The notes: a model not told the origin generated them from the sequence alone. A DNA stretch of 64,000 bases from an uncultured Burkholderiales bacterium (GCA_903894995.1 CAITSG010000156.1:13240-77239); one strand, 5' to 3'. Counted from the stretch's first letter, positions 52,236-63,289 are shown. Translations and numbers: made by a program.

Positions 52236-53231
52236 ATGGCGCTTCGCACCTGGCTCCACCAACAACTGCCGCGCATTTGGTTATCGCGTAGTTGGGCTGC
52301 GTACTTGCTCAAGCCCGTGGCTTGGCTTTACGAGTTCGCTTTGCGGTTGCACACGGGTCTGTACCAAATCGGCCTCAAAAGCAGGCATCGTCTGCCCGCT
52401 CGGGTCATTGTGGTGGGCAACGTTGTGGCCGGAGGCGCGGGGAAAACACCTGTGACAATGGCCTTGGTTCAGCACCTGCAAGGCAAAGGTCTCACGGTGG
52501 GGGTGATTTCCAGAGGCCATGGCCGTCAAACCCGTGACACGCGCGAAGTCCTCCCGGCCGATCTTCCCGAAACCGTGGGCGATGAGCCTTTGCTCATTCG
52601 CCAAAAAACAGGCGTGCCGGTTTGGGTGGGTCTGTCCCGCGTTGAAGCAGGCCAGGCCTTGTTGGCTGCCCATCCTCAAGTGACAACCTTGGTCTGTGAC
52701 GATGGCTTGCAACATTGGGCTTTGGAACGCGATATCGAAATATGCGTCATGGACGAACGAGGCGTTGGCAATGGTTGGCTGCTGCCTGCTGGTCCTTTGC
52801 GTGAAAAATGGCCCAAATCAGTCGATTTGCTTCTCCACACGGGCACCAGCAATCTGTCCGGTGGTTTTCGGGCGCAACGGCAACTGAGCCTGATCGCACA
52901 TGATGCACAAGGTCGCACAAGCGCCTTGTGCGATTTGAAAAGAAGCCCCGTTGATGCTGTTGCCGGGCTGGCGCGTCCAGAGTCCTTTTTCAACATGCTG
53001 CGGGCAACCGGCCTTGAGCTGGCCTCCACCCAAGCCCTGCCCGATCATTTCGACTTTGCATCTTGGCCAAGCAGCAAAAGCCCAAGACCCTTGCTGTGCA
53101 CCGAAAAAGACGCCGCCAAACTATGGCAAAGACAACCCACAGCGTTGGCAGTGCCACTCCTGCTGACGCCTGAACCTGCTTTTTGGAATGCCCTGGACTC
53201 GCTACTGGCGAAAACTGCGCCAAACCCCTGA
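52236..53231 (+). CDS. lpxK: tetraacyldisaccharide 4'-kinase
   Basis: VIVVGNVVAGGAGKTPV P-loop, ISRGHG, DDGLQH. Confidence 0.9.
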   Translation: MALRTWLHQQLPRIWLSRSWAAYLLKPVAWLYEFALRLHTGLYQIGLKSRHRLPARVIVVGNVVAGGAGKTPVTMALVQHLQGKGLTVGVISRGHGRQTRDTREVLPADLPETVGDEPLLIRQKTGVPVWVGLSRVEAGQALLAAHPQVTTLVCDDGLQHWALERDIEICVMDERGVGNGWLLPAGPLREKWPKSVDLLLHTGTSNLSGGFRAQRQLSLIAHDAQGRTSALCDLKRSPVDAVAGLARPESFFNMLRATGLELASTQALPDHFDFASWPSSKSPRPLLCTEKDAAKLWQRQPTALAVPLLLTPEPAFWNALDSLLAKTAPNP

Positions 53232-53318
53232 GGAAAAAAGACTCTTGCGTGAAATCGAAACAAGGCTTCCCGCCAGTCCATCGTTCAAGGGCTAAGCTGT
53301 GGCAGTTATCATTCCACC

Positions 53319-53525
53319 ATGGACACAAAACTGCTTGAACTGCTGGTCTGCCCTGTGACCAAGGGCCCCTTGAACTTTGACCGTGAGGCAAAAGAATTGA
53401 TCTCACGAAGTGCCCGCTTGGCCTATCCTGTGCGCCAGGGTATCCCCATCATGCTTGAAAATGAGGCTCGTCCCTTGCGAGATGACGAGCTCGACAAATT
53501 GGCCGCGTTGCGCCCCCCCTTGTGA
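53319..53525 (+). CDS. Trm112/YcaR (UPF0434) family protein
   Basis: [18 protein letters not shown]...[12 protein letters not shown]; located between lpxK and kdsB as is typical. Confidence 0.85.
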   Translation: MDTKLLELLVCPVTKGPLNFDREAKELISRSARLAYPVRQGIPIMLENEARPLRDDELDKLAALRPPL

Positions 53526-53532
53526 GCCCGCA

Positions 53533-54315
53533 GTGATTCGCGAACGCACTTGCCCGCTGGACTTTACAGTCCTGATTCCAGCACGCTTGGCTTCTACACG
53601 ACTGCCCAACAAGCCTTTGGCCGATGTGGTGGGCCTGCCTATGATTGTGCGGGTGGCCAAGCAAGCACAAAGCTCATGGGCCCAACAAGTGGTGGTCGCC
53701 GCTGATAACCTTCGAATTGTGCACGTCTGCGCCGAACACGGTGTTCAAGCCTTGCTGACCAGGCAAGACCACCTCAGTGGCAGCGACCGCCTGGCCGAGG
53801 CTTGTCAACAACTTGGACTGGCCACCGACCGGGTGGTGGTCAACGTGCAGGGAGACGAGCCCCTGATTGCACCGGAATTGATCAACCAGGTCGCTCTTGC
53901 TTTGACGCAGTGTCCGCAAGCGAGCATGAGCACCGCAGCCCATGCCATCACCTCCTGCGCCGATTTCACAAATCCCAATGTGGTCAAAGTGGTCACTGAT
54001 GCCCGTGGTATCGCGCTGTATTTCAGCAGAGCCCCCATCCCTTGGTGGCGAGACGGCCCCTCAGACCCGCTTTTGATGCAATTGCCAGACATTGCACCGT
54101 TGCGCCATGTGGGCATCTACGCTTACCGAGCAGGTTTTTTGTCACTTTTCCCTCAATTGCCAGTCGCTCCCATTGAAGCCTTGGAATCACTGGAGCAATT
54201 GCGAGCACTTTGGCATGGACACGCCATCGCAGTCCATATCACCGACCAGACCCCCGGACCTGGCGTGGACACGCCGGAAGATTTGGAACGCGTCCGCGCC
54301 CTTCTAACGGCGTAA
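53533..54315 (+). CDS. kdsB: 3-deoxy-manno-octulosonate cytidylyltransferase
   Basis: [31 protein letters not shown]...[13 protein letters not shown] start at 53533; the track ORF extends upstream into the preceding gene. Confidence 0.88.
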   Translation: MIRERTCPLDFTVLIPARLASTRLPNKPLADVVGLPMIVRVAKQAQSSWAQQVVVAADNLRIVHVCAEHGVQALLTRQDHLSGSDRLAEACQQLGLATDRVVVNVQGDEPLIAPELINQVALALTQCPQASMSTAAHAITSCADFTNPNVVKVVTDARGIALYFSRAPIPWWRDGPSDPLLMQLPDIAPLRHVGIYAYRAGFLSLFPQLPVAPIEALESLEQLRALWHGHAIAVHITDQTPGPGVDTPEDLERVRALLTA

Positions 54316-54412
54316 GCCTGACTTGAGAATCGCGTGATATTCTCAACCTACGTCGTCAGGAGACGTGGGTCCTTATGAGACCCATCTGACAGACACCCAT
54401 GACAAGCTATAA

Positions 54413-55075
<663 letters not shown>

Positions 55076-55111
55076 TCTATTCTTGAGCGCAGCATGTGCT
55101 CCACAGTCCCA

Positions 55112-55142
55112 CAAAGCCCCGTCAAGGGGCTTTGGTGTTTTT
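55112..55142 (+). terminator. intrinsic terminator after adk
   Basis: AAAGCCCC-GTCAA-GGGGCTTT followed by GGTGTTTTT. Confidence 0.8.
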
Positions 55143-55249
55143 GGGTCACCTGCTTTTTGCAACCCACACACAGGATCACATTGAAGCACTTCGATTGAAG
55201 CGCAAAAGATTGATGGTTTTTAGACAGAGTCCTTGCAAAACCTCAAAAA

Positions 55250-55265
55250 CTGGTTAAAAATACAG
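55250..55265. promoter_or_regulatory. SOS (LexA) box 1
   Basis: CTGGTTAAAAATACAG, compared with the consensus CTGT-N8-ACAG; 33 nt upstream of the lexA ATG. Confidence 0.7.
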
Positions 55266-55268
55266 TCA

Positions 55269-55284
55269 CTGTATGAAAAACCAG
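55269..55284. promoter_or_regulatory. SOS (LexA) box 2
   Basis: CTGTATGAAAAACCAG; 14 nt upstream of the lexA ATG and nearly the reverse complement of box 1. Confidence 0.7.
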
Positions 55285-55297
55285 CCTAGGAGCACCG

Positions 55298-55969
55298 ATG
55301 ACCGACGATCCTAAACTCACTGCCAGGCAACAAGAAATTTTGAACCTGATTCAGAACACCATGGCCCATACGGGTGCGCCTCCCACACGCGCCGAGATCG
55401 CCACGGCATTGGGTTTCAAATCCGCGAACGCGGCCGAAGAGCACCTCAAAGCACTGGCCCGAAAAGGTGCCATCGAACTGGTCAGCGGCACTTCCCGCGG
55501 AATACGTCTCAAAGGCAGCACACGCAGCACGTCTCGCATGCCAGCCGACTCCTTCAGCATGAACTTGCCCGGACTGGCGCAACTTTGTTTGCCCTTGGTG
55601 GGGCGGGTCGCTGCAGGCTCTCCCATTCTTGCGCAAGAACATGTTGACCGCTCTTACCAAGTCGAAAGCACTTTGTTTGCGCAACAGCCTGATTACTTGT
55701 TGCGTGTCAGAGGCATGTCCATGCGGGACGCGGGCATCATGGATGGGGATTTGTTGGCCGTGAAATCGACCAAAGACGTTCGCAATGGACAAATTGTTGT
55801 CGCCCGTTTGGGTGACGATGTCACGGTCAAACGTTTGAACAAAACAGCCTCTGGCATCGAACTGCTGCCTGAAAACCCAGACTACCCCATCATCTTTGTA
55901 CGTCCTGGCGAACCTTTTGACATTGAAGGCCTGGCGGTAGGCCTGATACGAAACACGTTCATCATTTGA
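55298..55969 (+). CDS. lexA: LexA repressor
   Basis: [13 protein letters not shown]...[10 protein letters not shown] winged HTH, cleavage site VAAGSPI, and catalytic GMSMRDAG...VKRL. Confidence 0.93.
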   Translation: MTDDPKLTARQQEILNLIQNTMAHTGAPPTRAEIATALGFKSANAAEEHLKALARKGAIELVSGTSRGIRLKGSTRSTSRMPADSFSMNLPGLAQLCLPLVGRVAAGSPILAQEHVDRSYQVESTLFAQQPDYLLRVRGMSMRDAGIMDGDLLAVKSTKDVRNGQIVVARLGDDVTVKRLNKTASGIELLPENPDYPIIFVRPGEPFDIEGLAVGLIRNTFII

Positions 55970-56079
55970 TGTATTGAATCCTGGCTTCAGGTGGCGGGCG
56001 CTGTTCTTCAGCCCTGAGCCCAGCGATTTTCATTTGCAATCCTGCCTGTGTCCAACCTCCATGATTTGAAAGGTTTCAC

Positions 56080-56394
56080 ATGGGAATCGCTCTGCTTGCT
56101 CTATCGGGTTTTTTGAAAAAAATCACTTTTGCCCCAGTCAAAACTTCAATTTTGGCAAAACCTCGGACTTCACGCCCACACCCCAGCTGGGCCGTTCGCC
56201 CCTCAGGCGCTTGTGTGGCGACCCAACGCACGGCTGCGCCAGATCATCCACCCCACCTTCGTGTCTTGCGCATTCAGGAAAACGGTCAGCAAGCAGACTG
56301 CGCGGGAAGAATGGTGATCTCGGGTCGCATGGCGGATGTTTGCGCCGAGCTGGACCGCCTGGTGGCACTCGAATCAAAGCAAGCACATCTTTGA
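56080..56394 (+). CDS. hypothetical small protein (start uncertain)
   Basis: This is the only sizeable ORF in a 564-bp gap. Only the C-terminal part (LRVLRIQENGQQADCAGRMVISGRMADVCAELDRLVALE) looks protein-like. A weak hairpin GGCGGG-N6-CCCGCC follows the stop. Confidence 0.3.
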   Translation: MGIALLALSGFLKKITFAPVKTSILAKPRTSRPHPSWAVRPSGACVATQRTAAPDHPPHLRVLRIQENGQQADCAGRMVISGRMADVCAELDRLVALESKQAHL

Positions 56395-56533
56395 AAACTC
56401 GGCGGGCCCTGACCCGCCTCCACTTTCGGTCAGTCACCACGCCTTCAAGACGCCATCCGCTGAATGCGTTGCCAGTCAAAAGGAATCTGTACTGACACAA
56501 CGTAAGCGCTCAGTGTCAGGGCACAATGTCGGG

Positions 56534-57541
56534 ATGAACATCGTGATCCTCGACGACTATCAAGACGTCGTCCGCAAACTCAGCTGCGCTTCCAAGCTCG
56601 AGAATTTCCCTGCCAAGGTTTACACCAACACAGTCAAAGGTATAGGTCAGTTGTCCGTGCGCCTGAAAGATGCTGACGTGATTGTCCTGATCCGTGAACG
56701 CACAGCACTCAATCGGGCCTTGATTGAAAAACTGCCGCGATTGAAATTAATTGCACAAACCGGACGGGTTGGCAGTCATATTGACTTGGCGGCTTGCACC
56801 GAACGTGGCATTGCCGTTGCTGAGGGTGTCGGCTCGCCCACCGCACCGGCTGAGTTGACTTGGGCTCTGGTCATGGCCGCATCTCGAAGATTGCCACAGT
56901 ACATCAGCAGCCTCAAGCACGGCGCTTGGCAACAGTCCGGCCTGAAATCCAGCTCCATGCCCATCAATTTTGGCTTAGGCACAGTCCTCAAAGGCAAAAC
57001 CTTGGGCATTTGGGGTTACGGAAAAATTGGCCAGCTGGTGGCAGGTTATGGCAAGGCCTTTGGCATGCAAGTTCAGGTCTGGGGCAGTGATGAATCACGC
57101 GTAAGAGCGGTCAAGGACGGCTACGCAGCTTCGACGAGCAGAGAGGCATTTTTCGAAAACTCAGACGTTTTGTCTTTGCATCTGCGCTTGAATGAATCGA
57201 CTCAAGGCATTGTGACCACGGAGGACCTGTGCCGCATGAAACCCAGCGCATTGCTGGTCAACACCTCACGCGCTGAGCTCTTGGAGGCCAACGCCTTGAT
57301 CGGTGCTTTGAACCGAGGTCGCCCGGGCATGGCCGCAGTGGACGTGTTTGAATCAGAACCCATTTTGCAAGGCTCCGCCCTGCTTCGATTAGAAAACTGC
57401 ATTTGCACACCCCACATTGGGTATGTCGAAAAAGACAGCTACGAGCTTTATTTCGGCGTGGCATTTGACAACGTGGTCAACTACATCAAGGGCACCCCCA
57501 CCAACATTGTCAACCCTGGTGCATTGCAAGTCAGGCGCTAA
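56534..57541 (+). CDS. D-2-hydroxyacid dehydrogenase family protein
   Basis: MNIVILDDYQD..., NAD motif LGIWGYGKIGQLVA, and NTSRAELLE...HIGY. Confidence 0.88.
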   Translation: MNIVILDDYQDVVRKLSCASKLENFPAKVYTNTVKGIGQLSVRLKDADVIVLIRERTALNRALIEKLPRLKLIAQTGRVGSHIDLAACTERGIAVAEGVGSPTAPAELTWALVMAASRRLPQYISSLKHGAWQQSGLKSSSMPINFGLGTVLKGKTLGIWGYGKIGQLVAGYGKAFGMQVQVWGSDESRVRAVKDGYAASTSREAFFENSDVLSLHLRLNESTQGIVTTEDLCRMKPSALLVNTSRAELLEANALIGALNRGRPGMAAVDVFESEPILQGSALLRLENCICTPHIGYVEKDSYELYFGVAFDNVVNYIKGTPTNIVNPGALQVRR

Positions 57542-57737
57542 AGTCCTCCCCAAAAAAGCTGACGTCCATACAGTCAGCCAAAACTCTCGTCGACGACAAC
57601 ACGCCATCATCGACTCACTTTTTCCTGCAGGAGTGAGGCGATAATCCCCTCAGGCGATCTGTCCTTGGAAGTCTCAAAGAGACTCTCTTTGGGCAGCTTT
57701 GCGCTTAAAACGCTTTTCAGCTTCTTAAACAAACAAC

Positions 57738-59258
57738 ATGACTCTCGCATTTTCCAAAGTGGCCATCATCGGTGCCGGCGCCATGGGTCGGGGCATTGCC
57801 CAAATCGCCGCGCAAGCAGGCAGCCAAGTCTGGCTGTTCGACACGCAAGCCGAAGCCATTCAAAAAGCCCGCGACGCGGTGTTCCAGCAATGGGACAAAT
57901 TGCAAGAAAAAGGCCGATTGAGTGCTGAAGCTGTAGCAGGCCACAAAACCCGCCTGCTGGGCGCTGCCAGCCTGCAAGACCTGGCCGACTGTGATCTGGT
58001 GGTCGAAGCCATCGTCGAAAGGCTCGATATCAAGAAAAGCCTGTTCACCGATCTGGAAAAAGTGCTTTCACCCAGCGCCGTCTTGGTCACCAACACCTCG
58101 TCGCTCTCGGTCACGGCCATTGCCGCAGCCTTGCAGCGGCCAGCCCAGTTTGCCGGCTACCACTTCTTCAACCCCGTGCCCCTGATGAAGGTGGTCGAGG
58201 TGATTGCGGGCCTCAAAACCGACCCTGCAGTTTGCCAACGCCTGACCGACTTTGCACGCCAAATGGGCCACACAGCCGTTCAAGCACAAGACACGCCGGG
58301 TTTCATCGTCAACCACGCGGGTCGTGGTTATGGCACCGAAGCGCTGCGCATCGTGAGCGAAGGCATTGCCGATTTCGCCACCATCGACCGCATCCTGCGG
58401 GATCAGGTGGGCTTCAAACTCGGCCCCTTCGAGCTGTTTGACCTGACGGCCCTCGACGTATCGCACCACGTCATCGAGGCGATCTACCACCAATACTACG
58501 AAGAGCCACGCTACCGCCCCAACGTCATCACCGCCCAGCGCTTGGCGGGTGGTGTGGTGGGCAAAAAAGTGGGCGAAGGCTTCTACAAATACGTGGACGG
58601 CGCAGCGCAAGTGCCCGCCGAGCCACCTGTGCCCGTGGTCGACAACATCCCGCCCGTGTGGGTCTCGCCCCGCGCAGCGCGTCGCATGGAATTGCTGCAG
58701 CTGCTCAAAGAACTGGGTGCCAACATCGAAACCGGCGCATCGCCCTCACCTGACGCGCTGACCCTCGTGGCCCCGCTGGGCTTTGACATCACCACCGTCG
58801 CCGTGGTCGAACGCCTGGACCCGGCCCGCACCGTGGGCATCGACATGCTGTTTGAGGACGCTTCCACCAAGCGCCGCGTGCTGGCCACCAACCCGGCCAC
58901 GCGCATCGACATGCGCAATGCGGCCCATGCCTTGTTTGCCCGGGACGGCAAAGCCGTTTCCGTCATCCGCGACAGCGGTGGCTTTGTCACGCAGCGTGTG
59001 GTGGCGTCCATCGTCAACATCGCGTCCGACATGTGCCAGCAACGCATCTGCAGCCCACAAGATCTCGAAACCGCCGTCACCCTGGGCCTGGCCTACCCCA
59101 TGGGCCCTTTGGCCATGGGCAACCGCTTGGGACCCGACAGCATCCTGGAGGTGCTGTTCAACCTGCAAACGGTTTACGGTGACCCCCGATATCGCCCCAG
59201 CCCTTGGCTGCGCCGCCGCGGTGCGATTGGCTTGTCGCTGATGCACACGGAAGAATAA
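57738..59258 (+). CDS. 3-hydroxyacyl-CoA dehydrogenase (long form with duplicated C-terminal domain)
   Basis: VAIIGAGAMGRGIAQ Rossmann motif, TNTSSLSV, HFFNPVPLMKVVEV, GFIVNH; 506 aa. Confidence 0.88.
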   Translation: MTLAFSKVAIIGAGAMGRGIAQIAAQAGSQVWLFDTQAEAIQKARDAVFQQWDKLQEKGRLSAEAVAGHKTRLLGAASLQDLADCDLVVEAIVERLDIKKSLFTDLEKVLSPSAVLVTNTSSLSVTAIAAALQRPAQFAGYHFFNPVPLMKVVEVIAGLKTDPAVCQRLTDFARQMGHTAVQAQDTPGFIVNHAGRGYGTEALRIVSEGIADFATIDRILRDQVGFKLGPFELFDLTALDVSHHVIEAIYHQYYEEPRYRPNVITAQRLAGGVVGKKVGEGFYKYVDGAAQVPAEPPVPVVDNIPPVWVSPRAARRMELLQLLKELGANIETGASPSPDALTLVAPLGFDITTVAVVERLDPARTVGIDMLFEDASTKRRVLATNPATRIDMRNAAHALFARDGKAVSVIRDSGGFVTQRVVASIVNIASDMCQQRICSPQDLETAVTLGLAYPMGPLAMGNRLGPDSILEVLFNLQTVYGDPRYRPSPWLRRRGAIGLSLMHTEE

Positions 59259-59260
59259 AA

Positions 59261-60040
59261 ATGACCGCCCAACTGCTCAGCACCAGCGAAGGCCGGACCC
59301 TGGTCCTGACCCTCAGCAACCCGGAGTTTCGCAACGCTCTCGGACCAGAGATGTACGCCGCAGGGGTCGAAGCCCTGAGCGTGGCTGAATCGAACCCCGA
59401 TGTGCGCAGCGTGGTGATCACCGGGGCCAACGGCATCTTCAGTGCGGGCGGCAATTTGCAGCGCTTGCAAAACAATCGGCAACTGCCGCCCGAACACCAA
59501 GCACAAAGCATCGAAGGCCTGCACAACTGGATCGAGGCCATCCGCACCTTCCCCAAGCCCGTGGTGGCCGCCGTCGAAGGCCCGGCGGCCGGTGCCGGTT
59601 TTTCCTTGGCGCTGGCCTGCGACATGATCGTCGCCGCGCGCAACAGCGTGTTCGTCATGGCCTACAGTTCCATAGCTTTGTCGCCCGACGGTGGTGGCAG
59701 TTGGAGCCTGTCGCGCGCCGTGCCGCGCCAGCTGGCCACCGAGCTGCTGATGTGTGGTGAACGCATCGGTGCCGAGCGCCTGCAGCAGCTGGGCGTGGTG
59801 AATCGACTCGCGGATGCAGGGCACGCCTTGCAGCAAGCTTTGGATCTTTGCGAACAACTCAATGCCCGCGCGCCCAACGCCTTGACCAGCGTCAAGGATT
59901 TACTGGCCGACGCCGATGGCAGCAGCTTGAACGCGCAACTGGCCCGCGAACGCGACCACTTTGTCAAAAACCTGCACCACCCCAACGCCGGTATTGGCAT
60001 TGGTGCGTTTTTGAACAAGCAAAAACCCGAATACGAATAA
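59261..60040 (+). CDS. enoyl-CoA hydratase/isomerase family protein
   Basis: VLTLSNPEFRNAL...VVITGANGIFSAGGNL...AAVEGPAAGAGFSLALACD. Confidence 0.88.
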   Translation: MTAQLLSTSEGRTLVLTLSNPEFRNALGPEMYAAGVEALSVAESNPDVRSVVITGANGIFSAGGNLQRLQNNRQLPPEHQAQSIEGLHNWIEAIRTFPKPVVAAVEGPAAGAGFSLALACDMIVAARNSVFVMAYSSIALSPDGGGSWSLSRAVPRQLATELLMCGERIGAERLQQLGVVNRLADAGHALQQALDLCEQLNARAPNALTSVKDLLADADGSSLNAQLARERDHFVKNLHHPNAGIGIGAFLNKQKPEYE

Positions 60041-60097
60041 AGCGTCTGGTCCCCCAGGCGACAAAAACCCGATCATCAGTCACTCAAAGGACAGAGC

Positions 60098-60817
60098 ATG
60101 GACGAACCGATTCTGACAATGGAGGAAAGAGAGGCGATCAATGGTGGTCGCTGGTTTTCAAGCCTTTCACCTTCACTTCGTCACGACATACTTCGATGCG
60201 CTTACGTCAAACGACACAAAGACGGCGACATGCTCGCTGCCCGGGGCGATCCGCCCGAGCAGTGGATCGCCTGCGCCAAGGGCGCGGTGCGCGTGAGCTC
60301 AACCTCGGTGTCGGGCAAACAAATCACCTTGACCTATGTGGAGCCGGGCATCTGGTTTGGCGATGTCTCGATCTTCGACGGGGACCGGCGCACACACGAC
60401 TGCTATGCACACGGCGACACCACCACGCTGAACGTGGCCAAGGCCGACTTCAAGAAAATCCTGACGCAGCACGTCGAGTTTTACGACGCGATGCTGCGCC
60501 TGCATGCGCGGCGCATTCGCCAGCTTTACGGTTTGGTGGAAGACCTCAACACCCTGCCCTTGCGCGCGCGCTTGGCCAAGCAACTCAACCACTTGCTGCG
60601 CAGCTACGGTGTGCCCAGTTTGTCGGACGCCAAGGCGATCCGCATCAGCTTGCAACTGGCGCAAGAAGAACTGGCGCAATTGCTGGGTGCTTCACGCCAG
60701 CGCGTGAACCAGGAGCTCAAGCAAATGGAGCGCGAGCAAATCATCCGCATCGAGCCAGGCGGCCTGGTGGTGCTGGACCGCGACGCTCTGCTGCTGATCG
60801 TGAACGCGGACCACTGA
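60098..60817 (+). CDS. Crp/Fnr family transcriptional regulator
   Basis: cNMP-binding fold (IWFGDVSIFDG) plus a C-terminal HTH QEELAQLLGASRQRVNQELKQM. Confidence 0.85.
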   Translation: MDEPILTMEEREAINGGRWFSSLSPSLRHDILRCAYVKRHKDGDMLAARGDPPEQWIACAKGAVRVSSTSVSGKQITLTYVEPGIWFGDVSIFDGDRRTHDCYAHGDTTTLNVAKADFKKILTQHVEFYDAMLRLHARRIRQLYGLVEDLNTLPLRARLAKQLNHLLRSYGVPSLSDAKAIRISLQLAQEELAQLLGASRQRVNQELKQMEREQIIRIEPGGLVVLDRDALLLIVNADH

Positions 60818-60881
60818 CACGCCACATTTCCACCCTATCGCCGCTGACTGCGGCGACCACTGATTTTCGACGGGTCAACCC

Positions 60882-61967
60882 ATGAGTGCTTTTGATCATT
60901 TTGTGGGGACCCGGCCTGTCACGGGCACCCACGCTTTCGACATCCCGGCCTTGGAGGCCTGGCTCAGCGCCAGACTCCCCGGATTTGCAGGCCCCTTGAG
61001 CGTGGAAATGTTCAAAGGCGGGCAGTCCAACCCGACCTACAAGCTCATCACGCCCACATGCCAATACGTGATGCGGGCCAAGCCCGGTCCCGTGGCCAAA
61101 CTGCTGCCTTCGGCCCACGCCATCGAGCGCGAGTTTGCGGTCATGAAAGGCCTGTACGGCACCGACGTGCCCGTGGCCCAAATGCATGTGCTTTGCGACG
61201 ACGAAGCGGTGATTGGCCGCGCGTTTTACGTCATGGAGTTTGTTCAAGGCCGCGTGCTGTGGGACCAATCCTTGCCCGGCATGACGCCCGCCGAGCGCGG
61301 CGCGATTTACGACGAAATGAACCGCGTGTTGGCCGCGCTGCACGGGGTCGATGTGGCCAAACAAGGCCTTTCCAGCTACGGCAAACCGGGCAACTACATC
61401 GAGCGCCAAATTGGCCGCTGGAGCAAGCAATACGCCGCCTCAATCACTCAGCCCATCCCCGAGATGGACCAGCTGATTGAATGGCTGCCCAAAAACATCC
61501 CGGACAGCGCCAAAGACGAGTCCATGGTTGGCGTCGTGCATGGCGACTACCGCTTGGACAACCTGATGTTCCACCCCACCGAGGCGCGCGTGCTGGCCGT
61601 GCTCGATTGGGAACTGTCCACGCTGGGCCACCCGCTGGCCGACTTCAGCTACCACTGCATGGCCTGGCACATCAAACCAGGCACCTTCAGGGGCATTGGT
61701 GGTCTTGATTTCGCGGCGCTCGGCATCCCGTCTGAGGCCGAATACATCCGCCGCTACTGCGAGCGCACCGGTTTCACCACACCCGAGGCCTTGGCCAAAG
61801 ACTGGAACTTTTACCTGGCCTACAACATGTTCCGAATTGCCGCGATTTTGCAAGGCATTGCCAAACGCGTCGAAGACGGCACGGCGTCCAGCGAGCAAGC
61901 CAAAGCCTCCGGTGCCGGTGCGCGCCCGATGGCCGAGTTGGCCTGGCAGTTCGCCTGCAAAGCCTAA
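60882..61967 (+). CDS. phosphotransferase (APH/choline-kinase fold) family protein
   Basis: Catalytic loop VVHGDYRLDNLMF and DWELSTLGHPLADF. The N-terminus FKGGQSNPTYKL is typical of ACAD-associated kinases. Confidence 0.85.
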   Translation: MSAFDHFVGTRPVTGTHAFDIPALEAWLSARLPGFAGPLSVEMFKGGQSNPTYKLITPTCQYVMRAKPGPVAKLLPSAHAIEREFAVMKGLYGTDVPVAQMHVLCDDEAVIGRAFYVMEFVQGRVLWDQSLPGMTPAERGAIYDEMNRVLAALHGVDVAKQGLSSYGKPGNYIERQIGRWSKQYAASITQPIPEMDQLIEWLPKNIPDSAKDESMVGVVHGDYRLDNLMFHPTEARVLAVLDWELSTLGHPLADFSYHCMAWHIKPGTFRGIGGLDFAALGIPSEAEYIRRYCERTGFTTPEALAKDWNFYLAYNMFRIAAILQGIAKRVEDGTASSEQAKASGAGARPMAELAWQFACKA

Positions 61968-62010
61968 CCTAACCCCCTTTTTACGACCCATCACTTCAAG
62001 GAGATAGACC

Positions 62011-63270
62011 ATGGATTTTGAATACACCCCCAAGGTCAAAGACATGCAGGCCCGCTTGTTGGCCTTCATGGACGAGCACATTTACCCCAACGAGGCGAGG
62101 TTCTTCGCAGAGATCGCCGAAAACCGCGCCAAAGGCAACGCCTGGGTGCCCACCAAAATCGTCGAAGAACTCAAGCCCAAGGCCTTGGCCGCCGGTTTGT
62201 GGAACCTTTTCTTACCCAAGTCGACTCGCGCACCCCAAGGCCTTTCCAATCTGGAATACGCGCCTTTGTGCGAGATCATGGGCCGCGTGCCCTTTGCCGC
62301 CGAAATCTTCAACTGCTCCGCGCCCGACACCGGCAACATGGAAACGCTGGAGCGCTATGCCAGCGAGAGCCTCAAAGACGAATGGCTCGAGCCCCTGTTG
62401 CGCGGTGAAATCCGCTCGGCCTTCTTGATGACCGAACCCGATGTGGCTTCGTCCGACGCGACCAACATCGAATGCGAAATCCGCCGCGACGGCAACGACT
62501 ACGTGATCAATGGCCGCAAATGGTGGTCGTCCGGCGCAGGTGACCCACGTTGCGCGATCTACATCGTCATGGGCAAGACCAACCCCGATGCCGGTCGCCA
62601 CGAACAACAATCCATGATCGTGGTGCCCGCCAACACCCCTGGCATCACCGTGGTGCGCGCCCTGTCGGTGTTTGGTTACGACGACGCGCCGCACGGCCAC
62701 ATGGAAGTCTTGCTGAAAGACGTTCGCGTCCCGGCTGAAAACATCTTGCTGGGCGAAGGCCGTGGCTTTGAAATCGCCCAAGGCCGCTTAGGCCCTGGCC
62801 GCATCCACCACTGCATGCGCACCATCGGCATCGCCGAACGTGCCCTCGAGCTGATGTGCAAGCGCCTGAACGAACGTGTGGCCTTTGGACGCGAAGTGGC
62901 CCGCCAGACCGTGTGGCAGGAACGCATTGCCGAGTCACGCTGCATGATTGAACAAGCCCGCTTGCTCACCCTCAGGGCCGCTTACATGATGGACACCGTG
63001 GGCAACAAGGTGGCCAAAGCTGAGATCGCCATGATCAAGATCGTGGCCCCCAATATGGCTTGCCAGATCATCGACTGGGCCATTCAGGCGCACGGCGGTG
63101 GTGGTGTGTCGCAAGACTTCCCTCTGGCTTATGCCTACGCCCACCAGCGCACCTTGCGCCTGGCCGATGGTCCGGACGAGGTGCACCGCAACTCTCTGGC
63201 CAAACTCGAACTGGCCAAGCAATTGGCTCTGCCCGGTGACCTCGGCATGCCGGTGACACGCGGCAGTTGA
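62011..63270 (+). CDS. acyl-CoA dehydrogenase family protein (ACAD10/11- and FadE-like)
   Basis: [50 protein letters not shown], and a C-terminal LADGPDEVH. Confidence 0.88.
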   Translation: MDFEYTPKVKDMQARLLAFMDEHIYPNEARFFAEIAENRAKGNAWVPTKIVEELKPKALAAGLWNLFLPKSTRAPQGLSNLEYAPLCEIMGRVPFAAEIFNCSAPDTGNMETLERYASESLKDEWLEPLLRGEIRSAFLMTEPDVASSDATNIECEIRRDGNDYVINGRKWWSSGAGDPRCAIYIVMGKTNPDAGRHEQQSMIVVPANTPGITVVRALSVFGYDDAPHGHMEVLLKDVRVPAENILLGEGRGFEIAQGRLGPGRIHHCMRTIGIAERALELMCKRLNERVAFGREVARQTVWQERIAESRCMIEQARLLTLRAAYMMDTVGNKVAKAEIAMIKIVAPNMACQIIDWAIQAHGGGGVSQDFPLAYAYAHQRTLRLADGPDEVHRNSLAKLELAKQLALPGDLGMPVTRGS

Positions 63271-63289
63271 ACTGACACCGCACCTTCAC

